From IMG/VR virus record IMGVR_UViG_3300029288_004944, positions 75,458 through 139,457 of that record: DNA of 64,000 nt, one strand, 5' to 3'. Positions 1 through 11,019 of the stretch are shown in pieces. The notes under the pieces were generated by a model, which was not told the DNA's origin, made no database searches, and was given only the letters and a program-made list of their open reading frames with translations. Origin of the DNA: a virus (Duplodnaviria; Caudoviricetes). Every line of letters starts with the position of its first letter. Position 1 is the first letter of the stretch. A program made the position numbers and the translations under genes.

Positions 1-112
1 TAAATCCTAAAAAAGGAACTTCTAATCCAATAGATTCTTTCTTATCCGGAGTATTAGCATAATATTTTTCACAATATCCCAATATTTTATCTTTTATTAT
101 TTCAATTGTCAT
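1..112 (-). CDS. hypothetical protein, 5' part (runs off window)
   Basis: ATG at 112 overlaps the stop of the upstream ORF; frame open to window edge (MTIEIIKDKILGYCEK...). Confidence 0.55.
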   Translation of the reverse strand, partial: MTIEIIKDKILGYCEKYYANTPDKKESIGLEVPFLGF

Positions 113-570
113 TTTAACCTTGGATTCCATTCTTTTAAAAACTCAGCAATATAATAAATATCATTTATTTCTTTTCGCATTCTTTCAAGGTCTTTATCTT
201 GTATACTTTTCAACATAATATCTAACGACTTTCCAAGGTGATGAAATGTGCCCAAAACACCATCTATGGCCATCAATCTATCCCCAGGAGTATCTGCAAC
301 ATCTAATTTCCACAACTCTACAATAATCATTTCATAAAAATGATCAATACAGTACTGCAAATGATTTTCTCTTCCCTTAAAATTAGGAAATATTTTTTTA
401 GATAACTCCAATATTTTTTCTTTATCATAATTTAAGAATTTAATAGATAAAAAATCTTTTGTAAACCCATATAAAGACTCTTTTAACTTAACAGACAAAA
501 GCCCATTAACATCTCCATCTATCTGACTTTGATAAAGTTTTTTAAAATCAAATAATCTTAGTTCATGCAT
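109..570 (-). CDS. hypothetical protein
   Basis: 153-aa ORF, GAGG RBS, overlaps neighbours. Confidence 0.7.
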   Translation of the reverse strand: MHELRLFDFKKLYQSQIDGDVNGLLSVKLKESLYGFTKDFLSIKFLNYDKEKILELSKKIFPNFKGRENHLQYCIDHFYEMIIVELWKLDVADTPGDRLMAIDGVLGTFHHLGKSLDIMLKSIQDKDLERMRKEINDIYYIAEFLKEWNPRLK

Positions 571-1304
571 GATTTTATCCTCATTGATAAATCTTCTGCT
601 TCAATATTTGGATTCCAATAATCAGGATGTTCCCTATCAATTGTTACCCCCATAATAAAAGGTAGATATTTAATTGAATACTTCTTTGCAATTTTTAACC
701 AATAGTTATAATCTGCTCCGATTCTTCCCATTCGTTTATCTCTACCACCTGATATATCAAAAGACCATTTACCAATATCCTCATATATTGCTCTTCTGTA
801 CATGACTTCCATATTTCCAAAATAATTCCCATATTTCAACAAATAATCATAATCAACATCCTTTCTATTTGTAGCCCCAATAATTTCTTTTCTATTGGAA
901 TCTATATCACACAAAATAAAATCACCATACACAAGCCCAATAAGAGAATTGTTTTCTAAAAAATCTACACCAACCCTTATCTTTCCCTTACAAAACAAAT
1001 CATCATCATCAAGATGAGATATATATTTACCCTTTGCGATCTTTAACCCATCATTTGCAGGCTCAACAGCATACTGCCCATTCTTTTGCTCTTCGGCTGC
1101 ACTAATTTGTCGATTTATAAAATTTATTCTATCATCTTGTTTTTGTAATTTCTTGATTACATCCAATGTATCATCATCCGATTTATCATTAACAATAATT
1201 AATTCTATATTATTATAATCTTGATTTAATACACTACTTACAGCTCGTGGTAAAATCTTTGCCCTATTATATGTAGTCATAACCACACTTACACAAGGAT
1301 TCAC
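558..1304 (-). CDS. glycosyltransferase family 2
   Basis: VSVVMTTYNR, IIVNDKSDD, YISHLDDDD (DxD), ADYNYW. Confidence 0.92.
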   Translation of the reverse strand: MNPCVSVVMTTYNRAKILPRAVSSVLNQDYNNIELIIVNDKSDDDTLDVIKKLQKQDDRINFINRQISAAEEQKNGQYAVEPANDGLKIAKGKYISHLDDDDLFCKGKIRVGVDFLENNSLIGLVYGDFILCDIDSNRKEIIGATNRKDVDYDYLLKYGNYFGNMEVMYRRAIYEDIGKWSFDISGGRDKRMGRIGADYNYWLKIAKKYSIKYLPFIMGVTIDREHPDYWNPNIEAEDLSMRIKSCMN

Positions 1305-2047
1305 TTTATCTCTCCATACATATCAGCCGGAGGCATATCTTTTATTTCTCCTCTCTTCTGTTTATGCAACCATTCTCTATAAATCTTATATTTCTGAGTA
1401 TTCTCCATTCCCAATATAGGATCTTCCATCAAACTATGGGAAAACCAATCCTGATGCCAAGCCTGAATCCAACCTGCATCCGTTACCGGTATTCGATAAA
1501 AATCAAGCCAACCTGCTCCATTTTTATCATATGAAAGATTGGGGGGTATTTTAGTTACAGTAGATCTTATCATATTAATAAAACCCAAAGGAACTACACC
1601 ATACTTATCTTTCACTATAACTATCCTATCATTCTCACGTAAATACTCAAAAGGCTCTTCTCTCAAACATCTATCCATTATCCACCCAACTTTTGGCATA
1701 TGATCTAAAATATCTTGAAATGGACAAATATAATCTTTCTCGATATATGCATCACATGGAATAAATGTCTGAAATTCAAAATAATTATACTCTTTCCAAA
1801 AATCCAACATTATATCACCAAAGGGCTTATTAAATCCATTATACTGAAACTTTACCTCAAATGGCAATGAATGTAAATATTCCTTATTTTGCTCCAACTG
1901 TTTCAAATATTCTTCTGTGCCATCTATTGATCCATTATCCATTACAACACATAAATGATTAGTCTTTACATTATTAAAATAACCACACAAACAAGCACGT
2001 GTATACTCAACCCTATTAAAATTTACAATCAAAGATACATTTCTCAT
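1301..2047 (-). CDS. GT2-like glycosyltransferase (NFNRVEY paralogue family)
   Basis: NFNRVEY...MDNGSIDGT; similar to ORFs at 3583, 4473, 5249 and 18595. Confidence 0.75.
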   Translation of the reverse strand: MRNVSLIVNFNRVEYTRACLCGYFNNVKTNHLCVVMDNGSIDGTEEYLKQLEQNKEYLHSLPFEVKFQYNGFNKPFGDIMLDFWKEYNYFEFQTFIPCDAYIEKDYICPFQDILDHMPKVGWIMDRCLREEPFEYLRENDRIVIVKDKYGVVPLGFINMIRSTVTKIPPNLSYDKNGAGWLDFYRIPVTDAGWIQAWHQDWFSHSLMEDPILGMENTQKYKIYREWLHKQKRGEIKDMPPADMYGEIK

Positions 2048-2643
2048 TTAACCTCTCTTATCACTTCAAAAGCCTCAGCATATGGAGCATTTATCTGCAA
2101 ACCTCTTGTTTGAGCAAGACCATATACAAATTGCTTTGCATTCTTAAAATAAGACCTATGAGCCTGAGACTTATATTGCTTCATTGCTTGTATCTTTTTA
2201 TCAAGTTGGCTTTTCTTTAACACATAAAAACAATCAGTATCAAATGTTTGATTATTCCAAGGCAATTCATATCCCAAAATTGTAGTTTCTTTAAACGCTC
2301 TGAAAGCCTCATTTCTCACCACTTCATGATCTTGATGAGTATCGTGAGAATTTGGCACAAAAACAAGATCATAATTATCCTTTGCTGCAACCACCATATA
2401 ATCTAAAACTATTTGCCTTTCTTTGTCCAAATATCTTGGATCGGACACATTAAAACAATGACCATTATTAACACCAAACACCCTCACTGCATTTTCAAAT
2501 TCTTCTCGAAATCCATAAGGTGGGAGAGTAAAAGCATAATAATTTATATACCACCCTTCCTCTTTTAATCTTGCAATCGTACCTCCACAACCTATCTCCC
2601 CATCATCTGCGTGGGCTGCATAAACTATTGCTTTTCTTTTCAC
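2044..2643 (-). CDS. PIG-L/LmbE family N-deacetylase
   Basis: AHADDGEIGCGGT, HQDH, YKSQ, YAEAF motifs. Confidence 0.9.
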   Translation of the reverse strand: MKRKAIVYAAHADDGEIGCGGTIARLKEEGWYINYYAFTLPPYGFREEFENAVRVFGVNNGHCFNVSDPRYLDKERQIVLDYMVVAAKDNYDLVFVPNSHDTHQDHEVVRNEAFRAFKETTILGYELPWNNQTFDTDCFYVLKKSQLDKKIQAMKQYKSQAHRSYFKNAKQFVYGLAQTRGLQINAPYAEAFEVIREVK

Positions 2644-3122
2644 ATTTTCTCCTTTGTTGCTCTCACTTCTATGCTATTAGTACCAAACTCGCCCGAAGAT
2701 TTAATTACAAAACCACTTTCAAATATATCCTTTTTTAATCTTGACAAATCAAATCCATTTTTTGCCGATAAATAAATATCGCCATGATTCATCAAACTAA
2801 AAATCGGCAATGTCCAATAAAACCATTTTTTATTATAATCTGTTTCCCCCAAAAACTGATGCATAGATTTAATCAAATCAGGAACCTGAACATAAAGAAT
2901 GCCACCAAACTTAAGAACACGGTACCAATCTTTAAGAGATCGAAGCCATTCATCGTTTGTAAAATACTGAACAACATGGCTCGCAAAAATTTCATCCACT
3001 GTTTCATTACTAAACGGCAATGGTTTCGTTATATCTACACGAAGATCGGCTTTTTCACTATACAAATCTATATTTAAATAACCCTCTTTAATATCATTCC
3101 AACAACCTAAATTCAACTTCAC
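2640..3122 (-). CDS. class I SAM-dependent methyltransferase
   Basis: KLNLGC..GYLNID, LPF...VDEIFASHV, WYRVLKFGG. Confidence 0.85.
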   Translation of the reverse strand: MKLNLGCWNDIKEGYLNIDLYSEKADLRVDITKPLPFSNETVDEIFASHVVQYFTNDEWLRSLKDWYRVLKFGGILYVQVPDLIKSMHQFLGETDYNKKWFYWTLPIFSLMNHGDIYLSAKNGFDLSRLKKDIFESGFVIKSSGEFGTNSIEVRATKEKM

Positions 3123-3583
3123 TTTGTCACCTCCACCTGCATACTTGCCTGACCTACATGGCGAGATGCAATCACTTTAAATCCCTCTTCTTCTAATTCT
3201 TTACTTAATTTCTCTATATCAAATCCGTTACGATGAAAATCATATTCATCCTTTTGGGCTCCATATATTGGCATAATTCTATAATTCCACTTACGTTCAT
3301 GGTTCGGCTCATCAAGAAAATCTTTACACATTTTAGGAAAATCAGGACATTCTATAAACAATTTACCGCCAAATTTAAGAACACGGTACCAATCTTTCTT
3401 TACAACTTTCCACTCTTCTTTACTAAAATGCTCTATAACATGACTTGCAAATATTTCATCAACAGAATTTACATCAAAAGGTAATGATTTTCGCAAATCA
3501 AGTTTTACATCTACATCTTCAACAGCATCTATATTAAGATAACCCTCTTTTTTAATAGGACCACTACCTAAATTAAGTTTCAT
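3119..3583 (-). CDS. class I SAM-dependent methyltransferase (paralogue of 2640 and 10279)
   Basis: KLNLGSG, VDEIFASHVIEH, WYRVLKFGG; start moved to the ATG after GGGAG. Confidence 0.87.
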   Translation of the reverse strand: MKLNLGSGPIKKEGYLNIDAVEDVDVKLDLRKSLPFDVNSVDEIFASHVIEHFSKEEWKVVKKDWYRVLKFGGKLFIECPDFPKMCKDFLDEPNHERKWNYRIMPIYGAQKDEYDFHRNGFDIEKLSKELEEEGFKVIASRHVGQASMQVEVTK

Positions 3584-4476
3584 TATTTCTCCCATTGCTT
3601 TCTAATCAGATAGGAATCTAATGACTCCTTACCTGCATAATGATCCTGAGCATTATTTTTCCATTCATTATACAAGTTAATTACTTTATTCGCATAAAAC
3701 AATCCTTCTTTTTTGCGATCTATATTCATATCTTTATACATATCCGGCTCAACCTCTATTGCAGTATTAAGATTTCTTATTTTCTGACCATTGTAGATCT
3801 TATATTTTTCAGTATTCTCCAAATATAAAGGGCCTCTTTCCCCGCACCACTTAAGTTCCATATGAGATCTTCCTCTCTTATATCCTGTATTATCAATATC
3901 AATATAATGAAATGCCCTGCTTGCCAAACCACGATCCTTAATGTAGCCGGCCTTTTCAATCAAACAAGATCTCATTAAATTTAAAGATCCATCCATTGTG
4001 GCATTAATAATCATCACTCTCTTGCCTACCCTTTCAAATTCCTCTTTCGTTCCAGGGAAAAAACCTGTTTCATTTGAAATAATACCTATATCTTTAAACG
4101 TATCCATCATTTCTTCATTCCACTCTAACCACTGATAAGGCACCATTACATCATCCATCCATTCTCCCAAAAACTCCAAATCCGGATGATCTGACATTGC
4201 TTGACGCCAAAAATGATTTAATGCCCCGCCCACATAGTAATTTTTATCTAAATGCATAAATTTTATTTCAAATGGTAAAGACTTTAAAAAATCTTGTCTA
4301 CTCTCCAATTCTTTTAAAAACTCAGCAGTACCATCGGTAGAAGCATTATCAAGCAAATATAGATAGTGTGGCTGAGCAGTATTCACACAATAATATAAAA
4401 AACTTACAGCCGAATACTCAACTCTATTAAAGTTTATCATACCTACTGCACTTCTTATATTCTTGTCACCACTCAT
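3583..4476 (-). CDS. GT2-like glycosyltransferase
   Basis: NFNRVEY, LDNASTDGT, MDDV. Confidence 0.78.
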   Translation of the reverse strand: MSGDKNIRSAVGMINFNRVEYSAVSFLYYCVNTAQPHYLYLLDNASTDGTAEFLKELESRQDFLKSLPFEIKFMHLDKNYYVGGALNHFWRQAMSDHPDLEFLGEWMDDVMVPYQWLEWNEEMMDTFKDIGIISNETGFFPGTKEEFERVGKRVMIINATMDGSLNLMRSCLIEKAGYIKDRGLASRAFHYIDIDNTGYKRGRSHMELKWCGERGPLYLENTEKYKIYNGQKIRNLNTAIEVEPDMYKDMNIDRKKEGLFYANKVINLYNEWKNNAQDHYAGKESLDSYLIRKQWEK

Positions 4477-5261
4477 ATTACATTCCCCTTCTTTAACATA
4501 GATTTAAATTCTTTCATATTCTCTTCGGCTGAAACAATACGAGCATCCATTGACATTTTATACATATCGGAATCTATTGGGACACCCTTATACAATAAAC
4601 CAATCACTTGATTATAATAAATTTGATACTTTGGCGTACCAAATAAATCTATTATGCTTGATCCACTTCCACACTGATCTGCCCCTATTTTGGCACACCC
4701 TATCTTATAGCCGCATTCTTTGATCTTTTCATATCCATGTTGCCAATAATCTGTACGCGAATTATAACCCATCTTTGGATATAAACTACGACGCAACAAA
4801 TGTATGGGGGCATCTATCCAAGCATCCATTGCAACATTGCCGTTGGCTCCAAACACTTTATGATGTTTATCAAACCCATTATTGATATTAACAACGCCCA
4901 ACGATGGCTCTTTTTCAAGTATATCTGTAAGGAATAATAACCAATCTTTTGGCACTGCACACTTATCATTCACTGTGGCCATATACTCACACTTATCATC
5001 TGTTTTATTATATAACACATCAATGGCCATTCCGGGCTGACCATTTTTAGATAAAAATTCAAAATATATCTTAAACGGCAATCTTCTCAAAAAAGTATCA
5101 CTCATTAACATCTGCAAAAACTCTTTAGAACCATCATGAGAATCATTATCTATTATATACAGATCATGTGGTTGCTGAGTATTTAAAAAATAATAAAATA
5201 AAGTTTCTCTCAAATATTCCACTTTATTAAAAGAAATAATACAAGAACTTATTTTTGCCAT
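4473..5261 (-). CDS. GT2-like glycosyltransferase
   Basis: SFNKVEYL, IDNDSHDGS. Confidence 0.75.
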   Translation of the reverse strand: MAKISSCIISFNKVEYLRETLFYYFLNTQQPHDLYIIDNDSHDGSKEFLQMLMSDTFLRRLPFKIYFEFLSKNGQPGMAIDVLYNKTDDKCEYMATVNDKCAVPKDWLLFLTDILEKEPSLGVVNINNGFDKHHKVFGANGNVAMDAWIDAPIHLLRRSLYPKMGYNSRTDYWQHGYEKIKECGYKIGCAKIGADQCGSGSSIIDLFGTPKYQIYYNQVIGLLYKGVPIDSDMYKMSMDARIVSAEENMKEFKSMLKKGNVI

Positions 5262-6154
5262 TGCCTCAAAAACTCCTCTTCGTCTTCTTTTGTTATCCCC
5301 GTATCTAATGTAGCCGATGGAATATTTTTTCTATCAAGTAATCTATCCTGAGCCTCAAACCATTCTCTTGGCTCATCTTTTAATATATGTACTTCGCCAT
5401 CTTGTTCCCATTCCAATACACCCGATATCTGATCATATAATTTTCTCGGATAAAGGCAAAAAATTCTCTTAACCATTAAACATTGTTTCTTGTACTTTTG
5501 CGACGCTTCCTTGCCTTCCGGTAAATCATATACCTTTTCCATGATCTGGGAAGGATCTACTGCCGTAATATACCCTAAATTCCTAATATTGCCATAATAA
5601 TTACTATCTGTTTGACCATAAACATTATTTTCATAATATCCTATCTTTTCTATAATCTCAGATTTCATTAATTGACATTCATCATTAAAATCAAATAATC
5701 CCCAACTATCAGTATCCTTTTCTCCCAAATACTTAACACCAAATTTTTCAGTGGCAGGTGTTCCCCAATGTCTATCATCAGGTGAAATAATAGCAGAATG
5801 AGGCACTACTGAAAGTATTTTAATAAATCTTTCAATCCAATTATTACAAACAAGCGTATCATCATGAACTAACCCCAAATATTTAACCTGATCTTTAAAC
5901 GTTCTCATAAAAAGATTCTGAGGCCGAAAAAGACCATAATTTTTCTTAAAATACCAAACTCTTAGATCAATATTATGATGATTAAAATTATTAGTCTTTT
6001 CTAAATCTTTCAACCATTCTTTTGTACCATCAGTTGAGCCATTATCAACAATCACAAGTATATGAGGATTCCTCGTATACTCATAATAATATTTTAAACA
6101 TATCTTTAAATAATCAAGTCTATTCCACGTTGGGATTAAAACTGCTGTGTCCAT
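5249..6154 (-). CDS. glycosyltransferase family 2
   Basis: LIPTWNRLDYL, VDNGSTDGT, HDDT. Confidence 0.85.
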   Translation of the reverse strand: MDTAVLIPTWNRLDYLKICLKYYYEYTRNPHILVIVDNGSTDGTKEWLKDLEKTNNFNHHNIDLRVWYFKKNYGLFRPQNLFMRTFKDQVKYLGLVHDDTLVCNNWIERFIKILSVVPHSAIISPDDRHWGTPATEKFGVKYLGEKDTDSWGLFDFNDECQLMKSEIIEKIGYYENNVYGQTDSNYYGNIRNLGYITAVDPSQIMEKVYDLPEGKEASQKYKKQCLMVKRIFCLYPRKLYDQISGVLEWEQDGEVHILKDEPREWFEAQDRLLDRKNIPSATLDTGITKEDEEEFLRQWQK

Positions 6155-6970
6155 TTATTTATCTCCCAAATTATCAATAAAATTCCATTTTGCCCTATAA
6201 TATCCCCATCCCACACTTGAAACTTGCGAACAAAATCTTTCAAAATCTGCATTAGGAGATGTTTTATTATTTGTACCTAAAATTGCAGGATACTTTCTGC
6301 CAAAAGGCTTTCTCAGTTTTTCCATAGCAGGATTATTTAAAATTTTTCTATTATCAAATCCGGACCATATAATAGATCTGCGATAATCATCATCGGCAGG
6401 AATAAAAAACATATTCTCATCCATCATCCCCTTGCCACACCTACAATATTGTTCCAACTTTAACATATTGCTATCATTAAAATTCTGCATATACTCACTC
6501 AATAAAAAATATCTTTCTTTAATCTCATTCACAATATCTTTTGTAAAAAATGTTTCATAGAACAACCCTAAACTCAAATCATTACAAACAGCATCGACAC
6601 AATCAGGGTCTATAACCCTATCACTTTCAATAAACAAATAAACATCAGTAGATGCATTACAAATACCGTCATTAAAACCACCAGAATACCCTGTATTTTT
6701 TAAATTACGTACAATTCTAACCCTCTCATCATTATTTACAATCTTTTCAATCGCACTCATTGTGTCCTTAGGACATTCATTATCAATAAGAATTAACTCA
6801 AAATTATGTTGCGTGTTCAAAAAAGACTTAACCACTTGTTCGGCCTCAGATGGAATATTGTTGCTTGGACAAAATGCCGAAATAATAGAAACTTTACCTT
6901 TAACCAATTCCCTTGCTTTATCGACAATCTCTTCTTTCCTTTTTTCAGAAATAGTTTCTATCCTATTCAT
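6155..6970 (-). CDS. GT2-like glycosyltransferase
   Basis: ELILIDN, NTGYSGGFNDG, ESD. Confidence 0.75.
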   Translation of the reverse strand: MNRIETISEKRKEEIVDKARELVKGKVSIISAFCPSNNIPSEAEQVVKSFLNTQHNFELILIDNECPKDTMSAIEKIVNNDERVRIVRNLKNTGYSGGFNDGICNASTDVYLFIESDRVIDPDCVDAVCNDLSLGLFYETFFTKDIVNEIKERYFLLSEYMQNFNDSNMLKLEQYCRCGKGMMDENMFFIPADDDYRRSIIWSGFDNRKILNNPAMEKLRKPFGRKYPAILGTNNKTSPNADFERFCSQVSSVGWGYYRAKWNFIDNLGDK

Positions 6971-7475
6971 TATTACCTCGTATCAATGACATTATGATAT
7001 AATCCCAATATTTACCTTTTCTAAAAATTGCCTGTTTATATTTACCCTCTTTTTTAAATCCCACGTTATCATAAATCTTTATAGCCTTTTTATTATACTC
7101 TAAAACACAAAGCCATAATCTATGCATATTTAAAAAATTAAAACAATAATCTACAACCATTTTCATAGTCTCAGTTCCAAAACCCTGCCCTCTATGCTCA
7201 GGCGATATGTCGCATCCCACTCTCATACTTCTATTTATATAATCTATCTCATCCATTCTAATAACTCCAATTCTTTTAGAATCATCGTAAACTATAAAAT
7301 ATTTTTTATTTTTAGAATTAACTAAATCACTATACCATTCTCTTTGCTTTTCCGATGAAATCATACCTATATATGTTAAATTCATCCATGTAGATTCATC
7401 ATTTCTAAGAGATCTTAAAAATTCAAGATCGGTAAATTCCAATGACCTCATCTTTATATTTTTAAAAGTATACAT
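6963..7475 (-). CDS. GNAT N-acetyltransferase (RimJ/PseH-like)
   Basis: HRGQGFG acetyl-CoA motif, N..AIKIY..VGF; abuts DegT aminotransferase. Confidence 0.88.
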   Translation of the reverse strand: MYTFKNIKMRSLEFTDLEFLRSLRNDESTWMNLTYIGMISSEKQREWYSDLVNSKNKKYFIVYDDSKRIGVIRMDEIDYINRSMRVGCDISPEHRGQGFGTETMKMVVDYCFNFLNMHRLWLCVLEYNKKAIKIYDNVGFKKEGKYKQAIFRKGKYWDYIIMSLIRGNNE

Positions 7476-8593
7476 TATATTTCCTTCATAGTAGAATTTA
7501 TTGCTTCCATAATAAAATCTCTGTCAATTTGATTAATCCACCATCCTGTTGGTATAGCACATTGTTTATAATAAAATTCTGTCGCTCCCGAAACATCTTT
7601 TGGTAAGTTCTTAAAGACCGTTAATTCAGTATTCAGCCTATGAACTTTTGAACACATTACACCCTTTTGATTTAATTTATCAAGGAAATTATCTCTTTTA
7701 TCCTTTCCACCATCTATAAATATCGTATAAAACCAATAATTTGGGTTAGACCTCGGATCAATACGTCTCAAAGAAATACCTTTTACATTCTTTAATTCCT
7801 GATTAAAAAATTCTACATTATTCTTGGTAGTTGTAATTAAATTATCTATCCATTTAAGATTTTCAATTCCTATTGTAGCAGCCACATCGTTTAAGTGATA
7901 TTTATATCCTGATTCTATCACATCATCATCACAACGAGCATCCTTACCTTTTGAATTATTTCGAGGCAATCCATACCATCTTAATAACTTGCCTTTTTCA
8001 TAATCCTCTTTATTACGACAAACTAAACACCCTCCGTCCCCTGTATTGATATATTTAATCGCTTGAAAGGAGAAACAAGTAAAATCAGAAAAATTACCCA
8101 CCTGTTTCTGATCATATAAAGATCCTAACGCTTGGCAAGCATCCTCTATCACAGGAATACCATATTTTTTACCTATCTTATTGAGGAATTCAAGATAATA
8201 GGGCACTCCACCATAATGAACTGTAATAATAGCCTTTGTTTTAGATGTAATCCTTTTTTCTACACTTTCAAGATTTATATTTCCGGTGTCCGACTCACAA
8301 TCAGCCCAAACAGGAATTGCTCCTGCCTCTAAAATAGGACTATTGGTTGCAAAACAAGTCATAGGATTTGAAATTACTTCATCACCATAACTAACACCTG
8401 CCAATCTTAGAGCAAGACGTATTGCAGAAGTTCCTGAATTAACAGTTAAGACATTTTCACACCCAATATATTTTTTTAAATCTTCTTCAAAATCTTTAAC
8501 CCGAGGACCTTCACCTAAAAATCCACTTCTCATTGTCTCTTCAATCGGTTTCATTATATTTGGGGCTGTAAATACTTTAAATAATGGCAACAT
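7475..8593 (-). CDS. DegT/DnrJ/EryC1/StrS sugar aminotransferase
   Basis: NSGTSA, IEDACQA, FSFQAIK (PLP Lys), TGDGG. Confidence 0.95.
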   Translation of the reverse strand: MLPLFKVFTAPNIMKPIEETMRSGFLGEGPRVKDFEEDLKKYIGCENVLTVNSGTSAIRLALRLAGVSYGDEVISNPMTCFATNSPILEAGAIPVWADCESDTGNINLESVEKRITSKTKAIITVHYGGVPYYLEFLNKIGKKYGIPVIEDACQALGSLYDQKQVGNFSDFTCFSFQAIKYINTGDGGCLVCRNKEDYEKGKLLRWYGLPRNNSKGKDARCDDDVIESGYKYHLNDVAATIGIENLKWIDNLITTTKNNVEFFNQELKNVKGISLRRIDPRSNPNYWFYTIFIDGGKDKRDNFLDKLNQKGVMCSKVHRLNTELTVFKNLPKDVSGATEFYYKQCAIPTGWWINQIDRDFIMEAINSTMKEI

Positions 8594-8604
8594 TTTTCCT
8601 CCAA

Positions 8605-9369
8605 TTATCTTTTTTCATAAATAAAACATCTTCTTTTGTCCATCCAATCCAAACTCTTCTCCATTTCTTTTACAGGTATAACTTTACCACTACTCCATAA
8701 ATTAAACTTTTCTTCCCAAAATTTTCTTGTAGCAAATGTGATATGGGTTTCATCTCTCATATCACTGCTAAATTCATAATCATTGGCAAATATGCTGAAA
8801 TTAAGCCAAATAGTAAAATATAAATACTTCTTACTCACTCTTAGCATTTCTTTAAATCCTGCCTCAGCCTGACTTAATGTTATGTGCTCAAATAATTCTC
8901 TTCCAATAACCATGTCAAATTCATTATCTTTAAATGGCAAAGAAACAACATCTGCCACAGAAACATACTCCCTCACTTGCTCAACACAATTTTTTATTCC
9001 ATACTCACTATAATCTACCCCAACAGCATCCACACCTAAGTCACGCAAAAAATGAACTAAAAATCCCTGACCACAACCAACATCTAATATTCTTTTATTT
9101 TCTCCCACAATATTCTTTATAATAGTAGGATGCCTACCCTCCGTTATCTGTTTTGCTTCTAATGTATTATTAAATGGCCACCACTTATAATCATTAAACC
9201 ATTTCTCATCATACTTAGATGAATCAGTGGGATTTTGATTGGCAGGATAAAAACCAAAATCTATGTGGCTTGACATAAAACATTTCCAACACTTTTTAAA
9301 AAAACACTTATCACATATGGTTGTTAGTTTCTGCATTGGATTATCGTTTGAGTTATCTTTTTTAAGCAT
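8605..9369 (-). CDS. class I SAM-dependent methyltransferase
   Basis: ILDVGCGQG, LPFKDNEFD, FEH; start taken at the ATG overlapping the upstream stop. Confidence 0.88.
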   Translation of the reverse strand: MLKKDNSNDNPMQKLTTICDKCFFKKCWKCFMSSHIDFGFYPANQNPTDSSKYDEKWFNDYKWWPFNNTLEAKQITEGRHPTIIKNIVGENKRILDVGCGQGFLVHFLRDLGVDAVGVDYSEYGIKNCVEQVREYVSVADVVSLPFKDNEFDMVIGRELFEHITLSQAEAGFKEMLRVSKKYLYFTIWLNFSIFANDYEFSSDMRDETHITFATRKFWEEKFNLWSSGKVIPVKEMEKSLDWMDKRRCFIYEKR

Positions 9370-10282
9370 TTTTCTTACCCTCATTTTGTTTTCTCCATTC
9401 ATTTTGAAATTCCTGATTTGGAGGCAAACTATCCCATGGCTCCCATTGTCCCTTCCAATCAAAAAAATCTAACAGGATCTCCCATTTTAATCTAAAATAA
9501 TTAAAAGCATCGTGTGTTAGGATCTTGCGAGAATCAATAAAATTAGATCCCATAGAAGCATTCTTATGTTCAACTTCAACACCTTCTGCAATTGCTATTC
9601 TATAACCAACCAATCTACATAGTAAACTCAATTCAAAATCCTCTGTACCATAAAAATACCCCGGATCCCAAAACATACCCGGGGTTATAATGTGTCTCTC
9701 AAAATCGGCCAAATGCCTTAATTTCTCAGGATTAGCCGTAATTGATCTCATAACTGCTATCTTGTGTGTTAATTCCTCTTTACGACCGGCAAAATACTCA
9801 GAAACACGATTTATAACCTTTCTATGAACATATTGACACCACCCCATCATAATATCCACTTCTTTATAATTCGTGCGTTGTACCCTATAAGACTGCCCTG
9901 CATTGCCCATTGCACAGACCATCCCAACCTCAGGATACTCTACACTATATCTCAACATCTTAGATGTCCAATCATCTGTCTTAATAACCACATCAGAATC
10001 TAATCTAAATATATAATCCGTAGTACAAGCCAATAAACCCTGATGATTTGCCACATTAACACCTAAATTCTCTTTATTTATAATCCGCTTCCTATCAATA
10101 CCCAAACTATTGTCCTGCAACCGCCACTTATCTAAATATAACGAAATTTCAGGAGAAGCACCATTATCTATAATAATAAATTCATAAGGTGGTAAGGTAT
10201 GACTCTCAACACTCTCTACAAATTCTTTAAAACCTTGTATGTCCAATGTTTTACAAACAGCAGCAAAAACAGATACTTTCAT
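9362..10282 (-). CDS. glycosyltransferase family 2
   Basis: IIIDNG, NLG, RLDSD, YGTEDFE; paralogue of 16420..17385. Confidence 0.85.
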   Translation of the reverse strand: MKVSVFAAVCKTLDIQGFKEFVESVESHTLPPYEFIIIDNGASPEISLYLDKWRLQDNSLGIDRKRIINKENLGVNVANHQGLLACTTDYIFRLDSDVVIKTDDWTSKMLRYSVEYPEVGMVCAMGNAGQSYRVQRTNYKEVDIMMGWCQYVHRKVINRVSEYFAGRKEELTHKIAVMRSITANPEKLRHLADFERHIITPGMFWDPGYFYGTEDFELSLLCRLVGYRIAIAEGVEVEHKNASMGSNFIDSRKILTHDAFNYFRLKWEILLDFFDWKGQWEPWDSLPPNQEFQNEWRKQNEGKKNA

Positions 10283-10746
10283 TTTGTTACCTCTATGTCT
10301 ATGCCAAAATCTTTTTCAACACATTTCATAACTTTAAATCCTACCTCTTCCAAAGATTCTGAAATCTTTTTAGCATCAAAACCCTGCTTATGAAATTGAC
10401 CTTCATCCTGTTGCCCACCAAAAATAGACATAACTTTTTGACTATCCCATTCACCCAACTCACGTTTTCTTATAAACTCTTTCGCACAAGCAAAAAAATC
10501 CGGAATTTTGATCCATAAATATCCACCATACTTAAGCACTCTATACCAATCTTTCCGAATTACATCCCACTCACGACGACTAAAATGCTCTACAATATTA
10601 AGAGCCTGCATCCAATCAACTGAATTATCAGGAAAAGGCAACGGCAATCTCAAATCATGTTTAAGATCTGCCTTGGAATTATACAAGTCTACATTGACGC
10701 CATCTTTCAATAAATCTTCCCCACAACCAAGATTAATTCGGCTCAT
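10279..10746 (-). CDS. class I SAM-dependent methyltransferase
   Basis: RINLGCG, LPFPDNSVD, VEH, WYRVLKYGG. Confidence 0.87.
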   Translation of the reverse strand: MSRINLGCGEDLLKDGVNVDLYNSKADLKHDLRLPLPFPDNSVDWMQALNIVEHFSRREWDVIRKDWYRVLKYGGYLWIKIPDFFACAKEFIRKRELGEWDSQKVMSIFGGQQDEGQFHKQGFDAKKISESLEEVGFKVMKCVEKDFGIDIEVTK

Positions 10747-10759
10747 CCTTTCCCCTTAT

Positions 10760-11017
10760 TCATACTTTCCACATTGTAATGTTCATAACAGGTACACGTA
10801 TAACCTCAATCTTATTCTCTTCCGTATTTTCTTGTCCTTCTATTGTACGGTTTTCTTTAAAAACTAATCCGAATTCATCTATATCAGATAATGTTAAATT
10901 ACAAAAAGGTCCAGCATCTTTAACCACTATAGCACGTATAGCCTCAGATTTACCAATATAGTTCCTAAAAAAATCCTCACGTTTCTTTTTTTCTAAATAA
11001 TATTCTTTATCATACAT
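10760..11017 (-). CDS. small protein, possibly Sm/Hfq-like fold
   Basis: 85 aa; helix followed by beta strands with DEFGLV; fold is a weak impression only. Confidence 0.3.
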   Translation of the reverse strand: MYDKEYYLEKKKREDFFRNYIGKSEAIRAIVVKDAGPFCNLTLSDIDEFGLVFKENRTIEGQENTEENKIEVIRVPVMNITMWKV

Positions 11018-11019
11018 TT